Shown one piece after another: positions 61,884 through 64,000 of a DNA stretch of 64,000 bases (position 1 is the first letter of the stretch; each line of letters starts with the position of its first letter). The position numbers were made by a program, and so were the translations under genes. The notes below the pieces were generated by a model. It was not told where the DNA came from and did no database searches. It saw only the letters and a list, made by a program, of their open reading frames with translations. The stretch spans positions 378,200,001 to 378,264,000 of the forward strand of contig OZ024740.1 in assembly GCA_964016885.1 (NCBI GenBank). The letters are read 5' to 3'. The stretch is from Eledone cirrhosa. Its lineage: Eukaryota.

Positions 61884-63499
61884 ATCAAGTACGTATAGAT
61901 TAGAAGGAACTTGTTAAAAAGAACAGGTAAATTTGCATCATCATAAAAATGAAAAACAAAACAAAACAAACATCCCACATGTTGTCCTTATTACATTGTT
62001 TAAGAGTGATAAAAAGGCAGGATATTTACGACTGGATTGAACGGATTTGATCAAGGGTCCACCTGTTACTAAACAAAATTGTATTTTTCTATTAACTACT
62101 GGCTCGTACATGTTTATAACTAAATCATAATTATACCAAATAATTTTCTAACGTATATTATTTTTTTTTTTGTTAGAGGTTGGATGTAATCAATATCTTT
62201 CCTCGCAAGATATATACCTACCATCACAACTAGGTTTTGAAGATTCTTTTGCATTAACTTGTGATTTGGTCGATGCAAATCAAGGTGAAACTTGAGCTAT
62301 TCAAAGAAAAAGTGACAGAAGATAATATTTGAGGACAAGATTTCTCGGTGATATGAAATGTCTCCAGTCCACATTGCTATAACCAAACGTGACCAACTCG
62401 ACAAAAAATATTGTTTCGTGGAAATGATATATAGTGTCTGAGAGAAATCTTTCGAAGTACAAGGCACCTAAACAGTTACGAACTACGAATCTAGAGAGGT
62501 ATACAACTTCTGGTCGAGGTGGAGTGCCGTAAATTTATATTGGAATCAAGCACAAAATTAGTGTAAGGGAAGCATAGAATCCAGGGATTTGACTCAGGTA
62601 TATGGAGAGACCACTTAAATGTGGATCAATGCAGTTAATTCTCATTTGATAGTTTTCGCATAGACGGCAAAAACAGAGAAAATATTGCGTATTTCTATGG
62701 AATTAATACTTCCACTTGCCTGAGTGGGCCATCATATTCGATGGTGCCAAAATCACCTTTCCTGCCGCCAGTTGCAATTCATCAAAATAGCTATTACCAA
62801 AACAAGTCATTAAAATATTTCTCCGATCATTTATTTCGAAATCAAATCATCCTGTTTGGTAAGGATGTTTTTATGAATACTGAAATTTTGTAATTCAATA
62901 GGAAGAATAACAAATTGATAGAGCATGTTTTCTTTGTATAAAAATACCTATATTTAATTATTTCGTAGTAAAGTTAAATAATTTCAGCTCATTTTGTCTT
63001 GCATTGTAAGGTACATAATTAAAAAAAATTAATATATGTAATAGACACGAACTAAAATATTTATGTGATAGGTTAATCAAATATGGCCATTTGCTGCAAT
63101 AAATGTGCTTTTAAAAATGCGCATGCGTACTTGAATTTAATATCGTCTGCTATCCGTTAGTCAGAAACAGGAAAAGACTAGGGAAAGAAAGTACCCCTTA
63201 TCAATTTTTTTTCATTCAGAAAAACATTCAATGGATTTACTTTACAACTTCTTAATGGAGAATTTACATTGTAGTGACATATTGGAAAAGGATACATTTA
63301 TAGTGTAGAATTGCTATTGGAAACTTAAGGTAACTTTAAAAATATTGAATTTTCTGGTTTTGAGTATTTTTCGAAGATTGTTTTTATTCAAAACGAAAAG
63401 AAAATATATTATAATCAAGATGTTTTACATGAAAATAGAATTCAAGGAACCTTATCAATATAATACACAAATGTATATATATATATATATAAAGCAAGG

Positions 63500-63870
63500 G
63501 GCATCGTAACCTCTCTCTAATACTTTTTGAGGCAAGCCAACATGCTTGTAGAATTATCGCAGGTAATAGCATGGCTAAGGCGCTGAAATAGCCAAGCACC
63601 CTCACGGGCACCACCTGACACCTCATTAAGGCAAGCCGCTAATGATGACAAGAGCTTCGCTGTCAGTGGCCTAGCTCTCCCAATCGTCTCAAATGTCACA
63701 GGATAGAAGAAATAGTTTACCGATAATTCTCAGTAATTTAGAATTTTATTCCGTTCGGCTATGGAAGCAGGGACCCTCACATTTACCGCAGCATCCAGAA
63801 GTAATTGACTGTGGCGTCCCAGATAAGACATCCACCTCTTACCCAAGGACAAAGGGTAAGACCATCTGGG
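63500..63870 (-). mobile_element. CRE-clade 3' fragment
   Basis: [21 protein letters not shown]; FETIG...REGAWLFQRLS. Confidence 0.85.
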
Positions 63871-64000
63871 CAATATATTTTCTGCTATTTTCTATAAAAC
63901 AAACACCGAGCCCATCAGAAAAATGTTCAACATAGTATATATGGCACCCAAATATGTATTAATTTTTTAAAAACAATTCAATGCTTCCCATGTCAATATT

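Overview
Eukaryotic (animal) genomic DNA, AT-rich and very repeat-dense; the repeat families suggest a coleoid cephalopod, probably an octopus (inference). The only clear host gene is the 3' half of USP47 (ubiquitin carboxyl-terminal hydrolase 47) on the + strand. It has 12 phase-compatible GT-AG exons from 9680 to a TAG at 41122-41124 (676 codons), and its upstream exons lie outside the window. Introns and flanks hold many RTE-clade LINE copies whose RT carries an inserted PHD finger, two Penelope-like element (PLE) remnants, a cluster of CRE-clade retrotransposons (one with a nested RTE), CR1 and tRNA-SINE pieces, decayed mariner and Tigger transposons, a TTAA MITE, and kilobases of (TA)n-derived microsatellite. 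The most unusual area is 1-5720: a perfect 35-bp hairpin, a complete type-I hammerhead ribozyme, a ~610-bp near-perfect palindrome with a hammerhead-like core in each arm, a PLE reverse transcriptase and a third copy of the palindrome arm, all set in TA arrays. Most ORFs in the supplied track are microsatellite artefacts or antisense shadows of transposons.
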